The notes beneath the pieces are model-generated. The model made no database searches and was not told the DNA's origin. It saw only the letters and a program-made list of their open reading frames with translations. A stretch of DNA of 63,479 bases, counting the filler, from Hyphochytrium catenoides (lineage: Eukaryota > Protista > Hyphochytriomycota), in assembly GCA_900088475.1 (NCBI GenBank). It is 9 parts of 9 records of this genome, joined end to end, with 100 filler letters (N's around TTAATTAATTAA, not from the genome) between each part and the next. Parts side by side here need not be neighbours in the genome. Positions count along the whole stretch, not along the records: positions 20,269 to 44,921 come from FLMG01003078.1; positions 45,022 to 54,222 come from FLMG01000225.1; 7 more parts are not named here. One strand, given 5' to 3'. The number at the start of each line of letters is the position of its first letter. The stretch's first letter is position 1. The translations under genes were made by a program, and so were the position numbers. Shown here piece after piece: positions 40,214 through 54,000 of this stretch.

Positions 40214-42737
40214 TTAGAGTTCGGTGCTTCGTCTTTCAAGCAGTTCGAAGACAAGGCTTTCCCAAGGAGCGAGACGGAACCAGCAGCCTTCCTCATCCAT
40301 CGTCTTGTCCAGCGGTCGAATATAGGTCGGCCCCCCATAGATGTCGTGCAGGATGATAGAGCTGCAAAGATGGTAACCAGAAGGAATCGGGGAAAGAGAT
40401 AGTGTTTGAGCAGGAAGGTGAGAGAGAGAGAGACTAAGGAGTCAAAGCCTGCTGATACGACGTGGAGCAGAGGAGATACTTGACAGCAAAAGACCAGTAT
40501 GGAGAGAGAGCACCGAAGACAAGGTGGGGTTGGAGAGAGAGACTAAGACAATGATGTGGAAAGGGAGAGAGAGAGAGAGAGAGAGAGGAGATAAGAAACC
40601 GACGCACCTGCAGCCTCTTTGTGTCAGCTGTGAGAGAAACTTCGCGGGAAGTCTGACATGCCCATGGGTGTCATGCTCGGAATAGTTCACCAGGATGAGG
40701 GTCCCGGAGCTGACCTCTGATGCCTGAGGCGTATAATGTTAGGCCACCTCGCCCACAGAGGGGAACATAAAAGAGTCTTTTGGTCTAGAGTCTCTGGACA
40801 TTCTACCCCTTTTCCTCTAAACCACTTCTTTGACTATCTTCCTCTTTTGTTGCTCTCTTATCACTCTCTTTCTCTCTCTCTCCTCTCTCTCTCTCTTTCT
40901 TTCTTTTTCTCTCTCCACTCACTCTCTCGGTCTCCGCTACATCCGTGTCGCCAATCTTCTACTCCCGCTCTTTCTCTCACTTCTATCTTGCCGTCCACTT
41001 CCAGTCTTTCTTACCTTGGTCTCTCTCTTGCTGCCATTCTCTTCCTTGATGGCGAGTCTCGCTATAAGCGACCTAAAAGAAGAACTTCCGTCCTTCGAAG
41101 CGGTCGTTTCCAGCAGTTGTAAAGTTCTGGCAAAGGACGTATAGAAGTGAAAGAGAGACGGGCATGAGAAAGAGAAGAGAGAGACGAGGCAAGAGAGAAG
41201 AGGCAAACATTCTGCAAAATGAGTGGTTCCGTTGGTGCTTGCAATATCAAGAGGGACTTTTGTGGGTAGCAACGTCGAGGCACATGCGAAATGAGAGAAG
41301 AGATAGAGAGATAGAGCAGAGAAAGCGAGAGAGAGCACAAATAAGTGATGACGTAGAGGCCGGTCCTTGTCCGACCATGGACGTCACAGCCTTACCCTGT
41401 TCGTAGCTCTGGCCGGGGCAGGACTTGTTTGAGCAGCTGCAGGTATTTCCCTAGCACCTGCTCATCCATGGGCTCCTCCCGCCTCTGAGCCACATGCATC
41501 GAGAGAAAGGACTTCCGTCCCTAAATAGGGGAAGGCAAGAGAAGGAGGAGTATGGAGCACTGAGTGGGAGGTAGAGCTCCATGCCTTGGCCCTTCCACTA
41601 CTCTCATGGTTGAGAGATCGAAAGAGGAGAGTAATCATCAATGAACTTGGTAATGCAGAAGTTAGAAAGTAGAGATTGTTTCCGCCCTACTCAATGGTCA
41701 AGAGCGCATGTGAGAGAAATTAAGAAACGCAAACAGAGAAGAGGAATTTTTGTCTTGACCTGCAGTTGTCCTTGATGGAAGAATCTGAGACCTGGGGACG
41801 TGTAGCAGATTGTCAGGGCCGCTGTGTGTCGCTTAAGGTCCGGGAACTCTGCGGCTGCTCGATGTTCGTCATGATTCTCTAGAAAGCGGACTGACTTTTC
41901 CTATTGTTTGGGGAGCAGTAGTGAGCACAAGGGAACAAGAGAAAATAAATGACGAGAATAGCGGAGAATCCATTGTAGGAAGATGTGAAGGACAGAACAA
42001 GAGCAGCAGCTAGATGTTGTTCGCATTTCCCTTCAAAGATGGTTAACTCTTAAGGGAGGGGAGACATTATTCTTCCTACGGAAGGGCAAGGCTGAAAGGA
42101 AGAGAAGAAGAGAGAAAGGACACCTGAAATGCCATGTCCGCCCTCAGATGCCCTGTTACTTCCTCTGCCGGGCCACTTTTGAGCCGGTCGTAGAGCCGCT
42201 TGTCGTAGGTGAAGTCAAATCCCAGCGTTTGAAGCTTGTGCTCCATGTCCCAGTATACCTGATTGTAAGCGAGTGTTAGTATCTTTGTCCCTTGACCTAT
42301 CCCGAGTCCTTCTCATCTTTGGCATAGTCTATAGACTAGGCAGTGTCTAGCACGCTACCCCTTCTCTTATGCACTATAAACCATAGGAGTCATCGTCCTG
42401 CAACACTCTCGATCACAGGTCGGCTGCGCCGATTACCTCTGCCATAAAAATAAAGTCCGGGTTAGCTTTCTTGACTTTCTGGATAGCTTCAGGCCAGAAT
42501 TCCCCAAGCTTCTCAGGAAGGTTCGTCGGCCGTAGTTGCTCTGAAGCATAGTCGAAAGAGAAAAAGTGAGAGAACTGAAGGCGGAAGGACTGGAGAATGA
42601 GAGAAAGAAACAGACACCAGAGACGACGCTTAGAACAATCAAACGCCGCAGAAGAATAAGATTGCATAGAAGTGAGGCCCTTGTTCCTTTGGAGATACAG
42701 ACAAAGAAACACAGAGAGAGAAAAGAGAAAGAGAGAG

Positions 42738-42768
<31 letters not shown>

Positions 42769-44489
42769 CCGCCCCAGCCTTACTCCACGTTCTGTCAAAG
42801 ATATCATTGAGAACTAGCATCGCCATGTCGCATCGCACACCGTCCGCTAATCCTGCAATTGCTACCAGCACTCTCTGGAGCTGGAACCAGGAGGTGGAGT
42901 TAAGGCAAACGAGAGCAAAGAGGACGGGAGAGACAAGACGAGAGAGAAAGAGAAGCAGAAACAAGAAAGCAAGCGTATGTTAGCATGAGGAATTTGCTTC
43001 CTGGCACATCAGGTCAGAGAATCGCACAGCATTTCGGGGAAACTTTATTGGAAGGTAAAGTGATTCTGCTCGGAAAGGGCCAAAGGTGGTCAAGGTTGCT
43101 TGAGATATGAGCATGAAAGATAGAGAGGCCAAGGAGAACAGGGTACGTCGAGCAAGAGATTGGTAAGAAGAAGGAAGAGGAATGAGGCAGGATAGCGGTT
43201 ACCTCTTTACGTAGCTCTGGATCGTAGTAGTTCAGCTGACGCGGGAGGGAGAAAGATTAGGAGAGAGTTGGAACGTCAGTATACTTTATAGAGTGCTATA
43301 GAAAAAGAAGGGAGGCAGATGAGAGAGAAAAGAGTCCAATGACTCGGCGATACACAGCGTTTAGAAGATCTTTGTTTCCCAGACCGTCGTAAGAGGAAAA
43401 AACACGGGAGAAGAATGAGAGAGAGAGAGAGAGAGAGCAGAGAGAGAGAGATACAAAAACAGAGGAGCGCAGAGAGAGAAGAAGGAAGAAAGAGAGATAA
43501 AATGCGAGAGAGCGGTACGTGAGACTTTGCAAGAGAGAGTGAGACCTGTGCTGTGTCAGACCAGCCGTCGAAAAAAGGGTCTTTTCCATGCGCGAACACT
43601 TTGCCTTCCGCCTCATAGAAATTGTGAGGCTCTCTCTTCAGCCAGTCCTGAAGAGTACAGAGCCTTTCAGTTTCATGAGATGAGAGAGAGAAAGGTAGAG
43701 GGCAAAGGTGACGAAAAGGTTGAACTTAACTGCGCATCAGCAGCGGAAAGAAGGTCACAAACAGGCTGATGAAGAAGAGGAAGAAAGCCAGATATAGCAA
43801 GGTACGAGAGAGAGGTCGAGAGAGAAGGAGGGAGAGATAGACCAACAAGGGCTATCTGCAATGAAGCGAAGAGGAGAAAGGTATCGAGAGAGCAAAGCGC
43901 CCGAAGTGGGACAGAGAGGCAGCGAGTGAGAAAAGGAGGAAGAAAATGGAAGAGTACAAGAGTCGACCTGACCTTATCTCCCTGCATAAGGAACTCTGGC
44001 CTTTCTTTGGTCCACACATGGTCCCGCGCCACGTGGTTGGGCACAAAGTCCACAATGACAGCGAGTCCCCGAGCAATGAGACGCTTTCGCAAGAGAGAGA
44101 AAGACTTCTCACCGCCGAATTCGCCATTCAAGCGATAGTCTAACGGGTTCCGGGAGAGAGAGAAGGGAGAGAGAGAAAGAGAGAGAGAGAGTGAGAGAGA
44201 GAAAGAGAGAGAGAGTACATGGAGGTTGTGTGTGTGTGGGGGGGGGAGAGAGAGAGAGAGAGAGAGAAAGGGCAGAGAAGGGCAAGGAAGGGCAGGGAGA
44301 GGAAGAGAAGGAGAGGGAGGAAGAGTAGATTAATTAGATCCTAAATCATAGAGATGACGACACGGATAAGTTTTAATAGGCACCTGTGATAGCGAAGGGA
44401 GAGCTGCAGAGCTCTTCTCTTTTGAAACCTTCAGGAGTCATCTTCCTGACAGACATTTCCAGGCCGGCGGCACCTGTCTGCCATACCCC
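40214..44489 (-). CDS. Glycoside hydrolase family 13 (alpha-amylase-like, bacterial-type uncharacterised subfamily); multi-exon, 5' end not resolved
   Basis: GVWQTG, SPFAI, VDFVPNHVARDH, FAHGKDPFFDGWSDTAQLNY, DGVRCDMAML (nucleophile), FMAEVYWD (acid/base), GFDFTYDKRLYDRL, RFLENHDE, PGLRFFHQGQ. Confidence 0.9.
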
Positions 44490-44889
44490 TGACGTACGAG
44501 AGAGGAAGAAGGGAGAAGAGGAAGAGAGGGACAGACAAGAGAACAGAACGAGGGCGAGAAAAGGAGAAGAGAGAGAGACAGAGAGAAACAGACAGAGAGA
44601 AACAGAGAAAGGGAGAAGGAGGGAACAGAGAGAGATCGGGACAGAGAGAGAGGAACTGAGAGGGTCAGTGCACTGATGATGGACTGAAAAGGAGTTTGAA
44701 GACCGCAAAGGAAAGTAGAGGCAACTGCAGCAGAGAGCGAGGCAGACAAGAGATAGTCATAACGAGGCATCCTCCAGATCAAGACGAATAAATAACGACG
44801 AGGAAGGGCGTGTTAATATGTTCAAAGAACAGCTTGGGATAGGTCTACATGCAAGGAAAGCAGACAGGGCAAAGAAGATAGAGACAGAC

Positions 44890-44921
<32 letters not shown>

Positions 44922-45021
44922 NNNNNNNNNNNNNNNNNNNNNNNNNNNNNNNNNNNNNNNNNNNNTTAATTAATTAANNNNNNNNNNNNNNNNNNNNNNN
45001 NNNNNNNNNNNNNNNNNNNNN
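44922..45021. other. Artificial contig spacer
   Basis: N44-TTAATTAATTAA-N44. Confidence 0.97.
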
Positions 45022-48000
45022 CAGCATCTGTAGAATGTTGAAGACCTCCATACCCTCACGGTTAGAAGACTCACTGACGACCGCAACATCCTTAAATGGT
45101 GGGATGATCTCAGCTCGGGATACGGGCTTGTCCTCTAAGTCACATCGCACTGCACTCTCAGTTTGTAGACACTCCGCAAGCCTGAAAAAGTGCGGCGGAG
45201 GCGAGAGGCCATGGTTTACTCTTACGCAAGACGGACAAGGGACGAGCTCTGCTACACAGAAAAGACCAGGGTAGAATTCTGAAAGCTTGAAGATTGCGTC
45301 TCGAATAAAGTCGAAGTGCGCCTTGTCAGCCGCTGCCACAACTAAATGGATCTGCCGTTGCCCATGAGAACGCATTGATGAAGGTGAGGGCTCGTCTGTC
45401 GCGGGAGCTTGCCAAACAAAGCCCTCTCTCTGAATGACATTCGGAGGAAAGACACCTTCAATGTTCTTCACATCAGCTATGAAGACCCCAGTTCTCTTCC
45501 CGTCCTTAAAAAGGACGGCCCCCACGGGAGAGATTCGCACGTGAGAGAAGAAGGACCGGGAGCGGCCGATGATCCGATAGAGCAACCCATCAGGCACGTT
45601 CGGATAGACAAAACGGCAACGGAACACATTGCTGGACAGTTCAAAGGCATCAGGATCAACATTCAAATGACCGGCATCCTGCAAGCAGGGTGGAACGAGC
45701 AAGCGACCGGAGCCGTCGTCCACAATGATGTCGAATGCCTTCAGAAGCTCTACAATGAGCTCAATCACCTCCGATTGCTTCCCAGCCCAGATGTATTCCA
45801 TCAAATCCTGATGCAAGATCCCATGGGTCATGAGCTCATTGACATAATGCCTTAGTCTCTTCAGTGTCTGGTCTGCTTGCTGCTGGGCCTGTTTCCTTTG
45901 CTCTTCCTTCTCTTGTCTAGTCATATCAATGGCCTTGATTTGTTCTGCCTCTTTGTAAGCCCTGATCAGTTGGCCTGGGTCGTGGTTTAGCAGCTGCTTC
46001 ATGACGCCTATGATCCAGTCGGACCTTAGGAAGATTGTATCCCGAATGAGTTCATGNNNNNNNNNNNNNNNNNNNNNNNNNNNNNNNNNNNNNNNNNGTC
46101 CATGTCTTCGGGTACTGCTTCTCAAACAAAGGAGAAGCTCGCAGAGCCTTCAGCATGGCTTGCTTTAATTCTGAAACTCCCAAGCCCTCTATGGAATCAA
46201 CTAAGTAGGAGGCTCCTCCAGAAGCAAGCTGCACTGGCGGATAGCTCTGAAGCTGTTGAAGCTGGTAGTCGAGGCGCGCAAGTTCCTCTGGATCCGTTGT
46301 TACCATCTTCTTTTTGATGATCAGGTCCATCTGAGCACGGAAGCTTGAAAAGTTCTTTTCTATCTCTTGTGCCGCGTACTGCTGCGCCCTATCTACGAGA
46401 CGTTTGATACCAGCCTCGGAAAGTAGAAGCCTCTCCTTCTTCCCGACGTGAGTACCTATCAAGAAGACAGTGCAACCGGGTACCCGTATCTGGAGCTTGC
46501 TAAGCCAGTCTCCAATTTGTCTATCAAAGACTAGACATCCCTGAGCAAATGAGAAGAAAAATTGTTACGGTCCAATAAGCACAAGGCGTTCAGAAGAGTA
46601 CAGATAAGCTTTAGGCAAGCAAGATGAGGCTTAGATGTATGACGGAGAAGGCCCCAGGAGGGAAATAAGCCGGTGAAAGTAGACGAGCAAGGAAGGGCTA
46701 AGCATATCTGGCACCAGATTGGTTATAGCGTTGATGAGTCCATCATAGTAAGCGGTATGGAGCCTAACCTCATGGGTGAGCCCGCGCTTTGACTCCATAA
46801 AGACAACCTCAGGTGCTTCGACATCGCATTTCGCACATCGGACCCCTTGGGAGAAGTCATGGTCATAGTCTTGCCCTGCAGAGGAGGGCGACTTCGTCAA
46901 TGGAACGCCGCCAGGAGCCCCTGTACATGCCGAGCAGATGATTTCCTGCTTACAGCGGCTGCACTGAGGTATTGCTTCTCCTAGGCCGTAAAGCTCCACG
47001 ATCTTCATCAGGTTTCTCTGCTGCTGCTCGAACTTGTTGAGGGCGGATTTCAAAGAGTCTCGTCGTAGCTCTAGAGCTTTCAACTGGTCCCTCAATTCCT
47101 CTTTCGTGCTTCCTTCCTTCGTGCCGTAGTAATCATTCTGCGTCACGGTGACCTGCGCCTGAAGCGTTCGCCATTCTTGGAGCTTCCTCTGCCGCTGGCG
47201 CTGGAAGCTGTACAAAGCCACAGTCTGATCCCTCATCAATGGTGTGTGCATCTTCCACACTAGCAAATACACAGCGTTATTCGTCAGGAAGAACTGGTGA
47301 GTGGTGTAGTAGATCTTCTGCCCAGCAAAGTCCCAAAACTGGATCTCCATCGGACTTGGCTTCGTCACTTTCCAAGGATGTAAGTCAATACCAACCGTCC
47401 TGGCGTCCTTGTTGACACCCTCAGCTCGCATTCTCTTCGACATGAGAGCACGCATTAGGCTTGTCTTCCCGACCTCTCCAAGGCCAACAAACATCACCTT
47501 TAACTTCCTGTTGACGTCCACAGTTGAGTCTGTACTGCTTGGCTTACTCTCGCTCTTGGAGCTCCTCGTGGTAGTTGACTCTCTTCGCTCCTGGGCCTTC
47601 CTTCTCTTCTTTCCCTCGGTGCCTACATTCTTACCCTTTTTCACTCGAGACTCTGGGTATCTTATACTCAGACCCAAGGCCATTCTTAAGCTGATGGGGG
47701 TCAGAAGTATGGACTTTGTTAAAGAATTGATTGCGAGGTCATCCAGCATACTTCTCGCCGATTGAAGGTGCTTCAGGTGGCTTGGAGGTTCCGAGGTGAC
47801 AGATGGCACAGATTGAAGGCCTTCTCTTCCAGGTCCAGCCGGTAACAGGTGTGGCCTCAGAACAGCGTCATCCGGAAGGAGCTCTTGACCCTTCCAGCAC
47901 CAATCAGCGATGCCACCCTTTTGGGCAGAAGAGGCAAATGAGCGTGGACCGTCTGTGACTTCAGTTGACGCTATCGAAGAAGCTGTACCAAAATTCGCTG

Positions 48001-51000
48001 CTGTCCTTTGAGCCGCTTCTTCACATGCCATAGTCAGGCCCTCCAAGAGAGTGCCTTCAAGCTCTACGCCATGCGCCAAACAAACTAGTCGGAGTTCGGG
48101 CTTCCCCAACATGGGCATGCCATCCCTGTTCTCGCCCAGCAAGAGAGCTGAAGCCGTCTGCAGCAAGGCGGGATCCTGCGGACTTTGAAGCGCAGAAACG
48201 GGTAGAGCTTTACCGACTATTCTAAGCGTATTGCTACGCAAACAGAATGAGAGCAGCGACCGAACAAAGCCTATATCCTCAGGACACCGCGTGACGTAGA
48301 GGTGCTCCAACTTGTCCAGTTTTCGAAGGAAGTAGGTGACGTATGCTGCGCTCATGCCAGATAAGTCAATGACCAACAAGGTCAAGTCACCCAAAGAGGA
48401 AAGCAGGCTAAACAGTTCGTTGGTGAAGAGTATACAATCCGCACAGGAGACCATGAACCTTTTTTCACCTCCGTTGCTCTCTTGTGGGCTGCTTTCACGC
48501 TCTTCGCCAATGGCCGGTGTGGTCTTCTTGTAGACAGCATACCGTAGTCGGAGAAGAGTAAGAGGAGCCCAAGGAGAGCGCTCAAAGTCTCGGAGGAGGG
48601 ATGTTTCGCCTGCAGTCAAGGGACCTTTTATCAATGCTTGATCTTCCAGTGCGAGAGTCTTTAGCGCAAGTAGAACTGACAAGAGCGAGTGCTCCGTTCG
48701 CAATGATGGATTAGGCGACTGCAGCTCAGCGGCGGTCGCTCCACTCCGTTCTGGTTCTCTCGGTTTCGGCTCTTTTCCTCCCCAAAGTTTAGGCAGAAGG
48801 CTAGCGATATGTAAGATGTCGCCAGCCATGATGTGTGGAAGGCGGATGCTGAGAACATATCGGGTCCCGTCTCTAGGCGCCTCAACAGCACTTCCATCCT
48901 CCTTCTTCTGTGGAGGGTTTAATCGTATACCCTCCTCGTCCTTCAGCTGTCGTAGCCAGAAGCCCTGTGCTCCATGGCTCCGATTATCTTCGACAGAGAG
49001 ATCCTCGCTTAGATCCAGGTCCTGCAAATCACAAGGATGACTGGAGAACTGCACCTCCAGATCATGACGCATGGCTAGCGTCTTCCCAAAGGATAAGAGG
49101 TGGAAGCCAAAGACGGAGTCGAACTTCTTGATTAGAAGTGGATTGCACCATACCACTCCTTGAGGCGGGACACAAAGCCTTCTCAAGCGCTTCAAGCGGG
49201 TCTCCAGAAGCCACTCTGTAAGTATGGAAACCGCTGGAAAAGCCACGGCGGACCGTGCGATTGCGCTCATATGAAAGGTGTCCATTGTTTCTAGCTCCAC
49301 CAGGTTGATAGCATTGAAGCTTTGCAGGTTTGCCAAAGTCTTAAGAGCTTGACGTAGATTAAGAGCTTGAGAAATAGTTAAAGCAGCTAAAGTTTCCGCA
49401 TCAAGCGTCAGTGATACCAGGCTAGGAAGGTGATGAAGTAGAGCCCCTGGCCCTGCAGCCTCTCTTACTTGCCGAGGGAGCCCACAGCTGAAGTGCTCAA
49501 GAGTGAGCTCCTCAACAGCTTTGCCACATATTTCTAAGGCGGAGCAGATTCCTTCCATGAGGCTCGGGTTGACTGGCTGCAGGACGAAGCTACCCGGTTT
49601 CTTCGAGGAGGGTACGCGATGATGTAAGACGATTCGTTTTAGATTGTCTGAACGAAGAGCAGCCTCGTTAATTCGTGCGCGGTATGACTTCCACGTCGCC
49701 TTGAGCACTGAAACCGTCCCAGTAGCACTTGAAGAAGGACAGAGTACAAGGGTTTCAGGATGGATCTCTGCTGCCGGCTCGATCACCGGCGCACGCTCAG
49801 CTACAGCTACTGTGGACGATGCAGCATCAGCAGTGAATGCACCAGCTTCCTCACTTGGCATTTCCGGTCCTGGCTTTCCTTGGTCCGAAGACGTCCCATT
49901 ATCCGCCGGCATAGTAGACAGATTGAAACCTTTTTCTCTTCTTCTCAATCTTCTCAACTCGCTCCTTTTCTTCTTCGTGAGTTGCTTTGGTCTCCTCTCA
50001 GGAGGAGCACCGTCAGCAACAACGCTGTCAGGGATCAGGTCCCACGCCGACTCTCCACTTTGAAGCTCGACGGTGAAAGGAGGTCTCTCTGTAGAAAGAG
50101 CCGCTTTTCGTCCTTTCTTCCCTGCTAACACTGATGACTGTTTGCGAACAGGGAGCTCTCGCACCTTCGCCTTTCGTCTCCTTCTCTTCTTCTGGCGGTT
50201 CCAGAGGGTGGAGAGAACAGCAACCTGGGGAGAGAGGGGAGATCGAAGTTTCCCGCTCCCCACTCTTCCTTGATCCTTATCCTGAAGGAAGAGCGTTGTG
50301 GCGATGTGACGGAGTGCCGAGCTCCTCAACAAGGCAGTCTCAATTCTCTGCTCCAGCTCCTGCACGCTCTCCCGGTATTCCAGTGACCAATCGCTTCGTC
50401 TCCCGTCTTCCTCCATATAACTATCACACTTCCAGTTCAAGGAGCGAAGGAAGTTCTTAACTCTCGATAAACCTTTAGCAATGGGGCGCAAAGCTTGGCA
50501 TTGATCAAAGATGCTACGTAGCTGCTCCTCATCACAGCCTAGCAAGCTGCATAGCTCCCGAAGAAAAGTATAGCGCTGAAACCCAAATATGGAGGGGAGA
50601 ATTTCTATCAAAAGCGAAGAGTTGGGGTCTAACAAGTCGGGAGAGGTGCCAGGCCGCTCTTCGGCAGCAGATTTATCTCTAAGTTCTTCACCCATCTTGA
50701 GAGAAACCGGGTCCCGCTGTCCTGTTTCTGCATGTCCTCCTCCTTCCTTCTCCATGATAGGTTGAGAAGAGCCCTCGACTGGAAGCCTTGGTTCCACCGG
50801 CCTGTCAGGTTCAGTAGGTGGCGGATTGTCCCACGAAGGCGCAGGGGGAGGAGAATGCCCATTTTTAGCACGCCTGGGATTAGGCTTGCGCCAGCTGTTT
50901 CTTATTATCTGCTGTTCTCTCCTTCTCGCCTTCATCACGTGATCCTTAGACCGCAATGCTGGCAAAGGGCTGAGACGGAGGAAGAATTCCAAACAGATGC

Positions 51001-54000
51001 GGAAGCAGACAAGGTTGTTGCGCATTACCATGAGAGAAGCTAGCTTTGCCCCGGAAGCAGCGTCTAGACTGTGGGCCAGTGAAGAGGGAAGCTTCGTCTC
51101 AATGATATCGCGAATGAAGTCGTTGGACTCTTTCCCTCCCACAATCATGCCGTTGACGTGAGTCTGTCCTCGGGTGCCGGATTTCGGTTCGCTACCAGCG
51201 CTACCACTGCATTTCCNNNNNNNNNNNNNNNNNNNNNNNNNNNNNNNNNNNNNNNNNNNNNNNNNNNNNNNNNNNNTTCCATGTGTTCCTGCAGCCACAG
51301 GGACCAATGCTGAAGTCAATTTCATCAGCAGGAGCTCCACTAGCTCTTGATTTCCCGAGTTGGCAGCTAAAGCTAAGGCGGAGGAGCAAGCACTCGATCT
51401 GGCTCTGATTAGGGAACCCTGGCAGCTGGATCCGTCTGTCTCCTTCAGCAATTGCGCCTGCTGCAACAGCATAGGCACCAGTATCGATGACTCTCCATAG
51501 CCCAAGTCTTGAATAAGACGCTTGGCCAAGTCCAGACGCCCGAAGAGGCACGCCGAGTGCATCGCGGTCCATCCCTGCCAGCTTGGAGGTCTGCCTTCTG
51601 GCTCAACATTACCCTGTTCCTCGGAGGTTCGTGAGAAGGGGACGCATGTTCCATGCCAGCGGATCAAGTCATCAAAAGCTAGACTGTCCGTCATAGAAAG
51701 AAGACCATATGAGAGTAGCAGTGCCGCCATTGAATGCACAGGATCTATCTTAAAGAGAACGAAAAAGAGGTCACTGGCCTTGCTGAGTAAGGTCGCTTGA
51801 ACTAAGCGCTGATGCAATAAAGGAGGGAGCTTGAAGTTTCGTTCGGCTTCGCAATATTCAAGCAGCAGCCGGATAATGGTTCCGTCAGGGCTCCGACCAC
51901 TCTCTTCTTGCTCGTCCAAGTACTTTCTCCCTTTCTGCCGTGCGTAGTTCGTCCAAGAAACTTTGAGTCCTTGGCATGAAGGTTCTAGCAATACACGCTG
52001 CTGCCGTCTCCTGTCAATCTCCCAAAGGTCCAACACTTTGGTGATGGTAGTAAGCTTCGTCTCCTCTCTACTCAGCCCTGCTTCCACGGAAGATTTGGAG
52101 GGTTCAGGGGTAAGGTTCTGTCCCTTAGCAATTTGAACAAGGCGGCCGAGCACCGCAACCATTGACTCGTTAGAAGGAAACCAATAAGGGACATGGCTGC
52201 ACAGCATCGTTCGCCAAAGTGAAGCCTCTTCTTCTCCTATAGAATCGTCTGATACTCCTTTCAGCTCTGCAGCATTGTGAAGAGGTTGGCCCTGAGGAGT
52301 TTGGGAAGTGTTGGCTACTTCTTTTATTAGGCCAAGAACCACTGCACGCTTCTTTCGATCCAGATAGTGTCCGGGAGGGCAAATGTCGAGAACGCCGCCT
52401 AACACCTTCACGCGAACATTCCCATTGAGGGATAGAAGTTCCTTTCTTTTCAGCAGCCTCAAGAGGTTTGGGCTGCCCATCTGCAGCTGCTGAAGCACAG
52501 CAGGAACCCATGTGCGTTCCACTGGAACTTGAACCGCGCAGCGCTGAAAGGATTGTGTGAGAATGTCAAGATAGACGTCCTTGTTACTGCATGAGAGCAA
52601 AGCTCGAGGACTCATTGATAATAGCTGTTTGCTGTTGGCACCACGAAGAAGTGCAGAAGCGAATGCACTTTGTTGCAGATCAAGGGCTTCCGCCAGAATA
52701 TCGTTCCATGCTCTGTGTGATAGGAAAGGCACCAACGCTTCACATTGTGGGTCCAGCAGCTCAGGATGGCGCTTTGAGTTCTGTAGACTAAGCTTCAGCA
52801 ATGCCGGAAGCTCATTGAAGGGATCGAATAGGTAGTCAAAGGTCAAAGCTCCATCCACCAACGGTAAGCCCTCTCTCAATGCTGATGAATGGCTTGAGAC
52901 CGGGCTTTCATTCGACCCTTCCTGGTTGTCTGGTCCAGTGGTTTCCTCCTCCGAGCCTACGGTAGCCTCTCCGTTTCCTTGAGACGCAACCTGCAATAGG
53001 GTATATAAAAGTCTGTCCAGCCGAAGAAACCGGCCGAGAAAGCTGTTTGGGCCAAGCGTGCATAGAGCACTCACAGCCTCCTCCAGGCGGCATCTATATT
53101 CTTCGGACTCCTGCTCTAGAGTGACCTCATCTTCTCCACCCTCGACAGAGGTGCTAGCTGACAGCTTGACATCCCTTAAAATGTCTCTCAAGAGGCCGTC
53201 ATCAAGGAGGAGTTTGCTAACCGCAACCTCCTCGCCACCTAACAATAGCAGAAGGCAGCCAATGACCTCCATTCGTAAGCTTCTGGAAGCCAGGGGCTTA
53301 GATCTATCGGCTTCTACTGCAGACCGAAGTCCATAGATATGAATAGGTAGGACGGCGCTCTGCGTCCTCTGGTGTCCCGTATCAAACAGCTTCTTCCACA
53401 GCCGCATTTTTGGAATGTTCCCTAGGAGACAAGTCTGCAAGGGAGCGCCCAGGAGGTCATCAAACACGGCTACCACTACCTGGAGAAGATCAATGGAAGC
53501 GTATACAGGCTCAGCAATAGCAGAGCAAAGCGTCCTGGGCACCGGGCTCAACTCCGGACTTATTGACGGCCAAGGCCGGCAAGGCTGAGGGAAAGTTGAT
53601 TGCCAATAATAGTACTTCCAGATCGCAAATAGGCCTGCCACCACGTTGTTAGGAAGCTGCAGCGACTCCCGCGCCCCTCCACTATGGACCTGAACCTCGT
53701 CCTTATCCTTGCCATCGCCGCCACCATCTTTGGCCTTCTCCAGCTGTGTTGAGTCCTGTTCAGTCTCTTGCTCTTCCAATGACATTCCCACCATCCCACG
53801 AAGAAGTTCTGACCACCTTGAGGTGAGGGCCCGTGGTCGAAGTGATCGAGGGAAGCAGGCTACCTCCTTGTCTGATCCCTTCAGCCGCTGTTGCATGAGA
53901 CGTTGTCCTTTCTCGGTGAAAATCCTCGCTTCTAGCAGTTCAGCCCCTGCCTCGTACGCGACACTGCGATGATACTCTAGCTGTGTCAGAATGACGGGAA

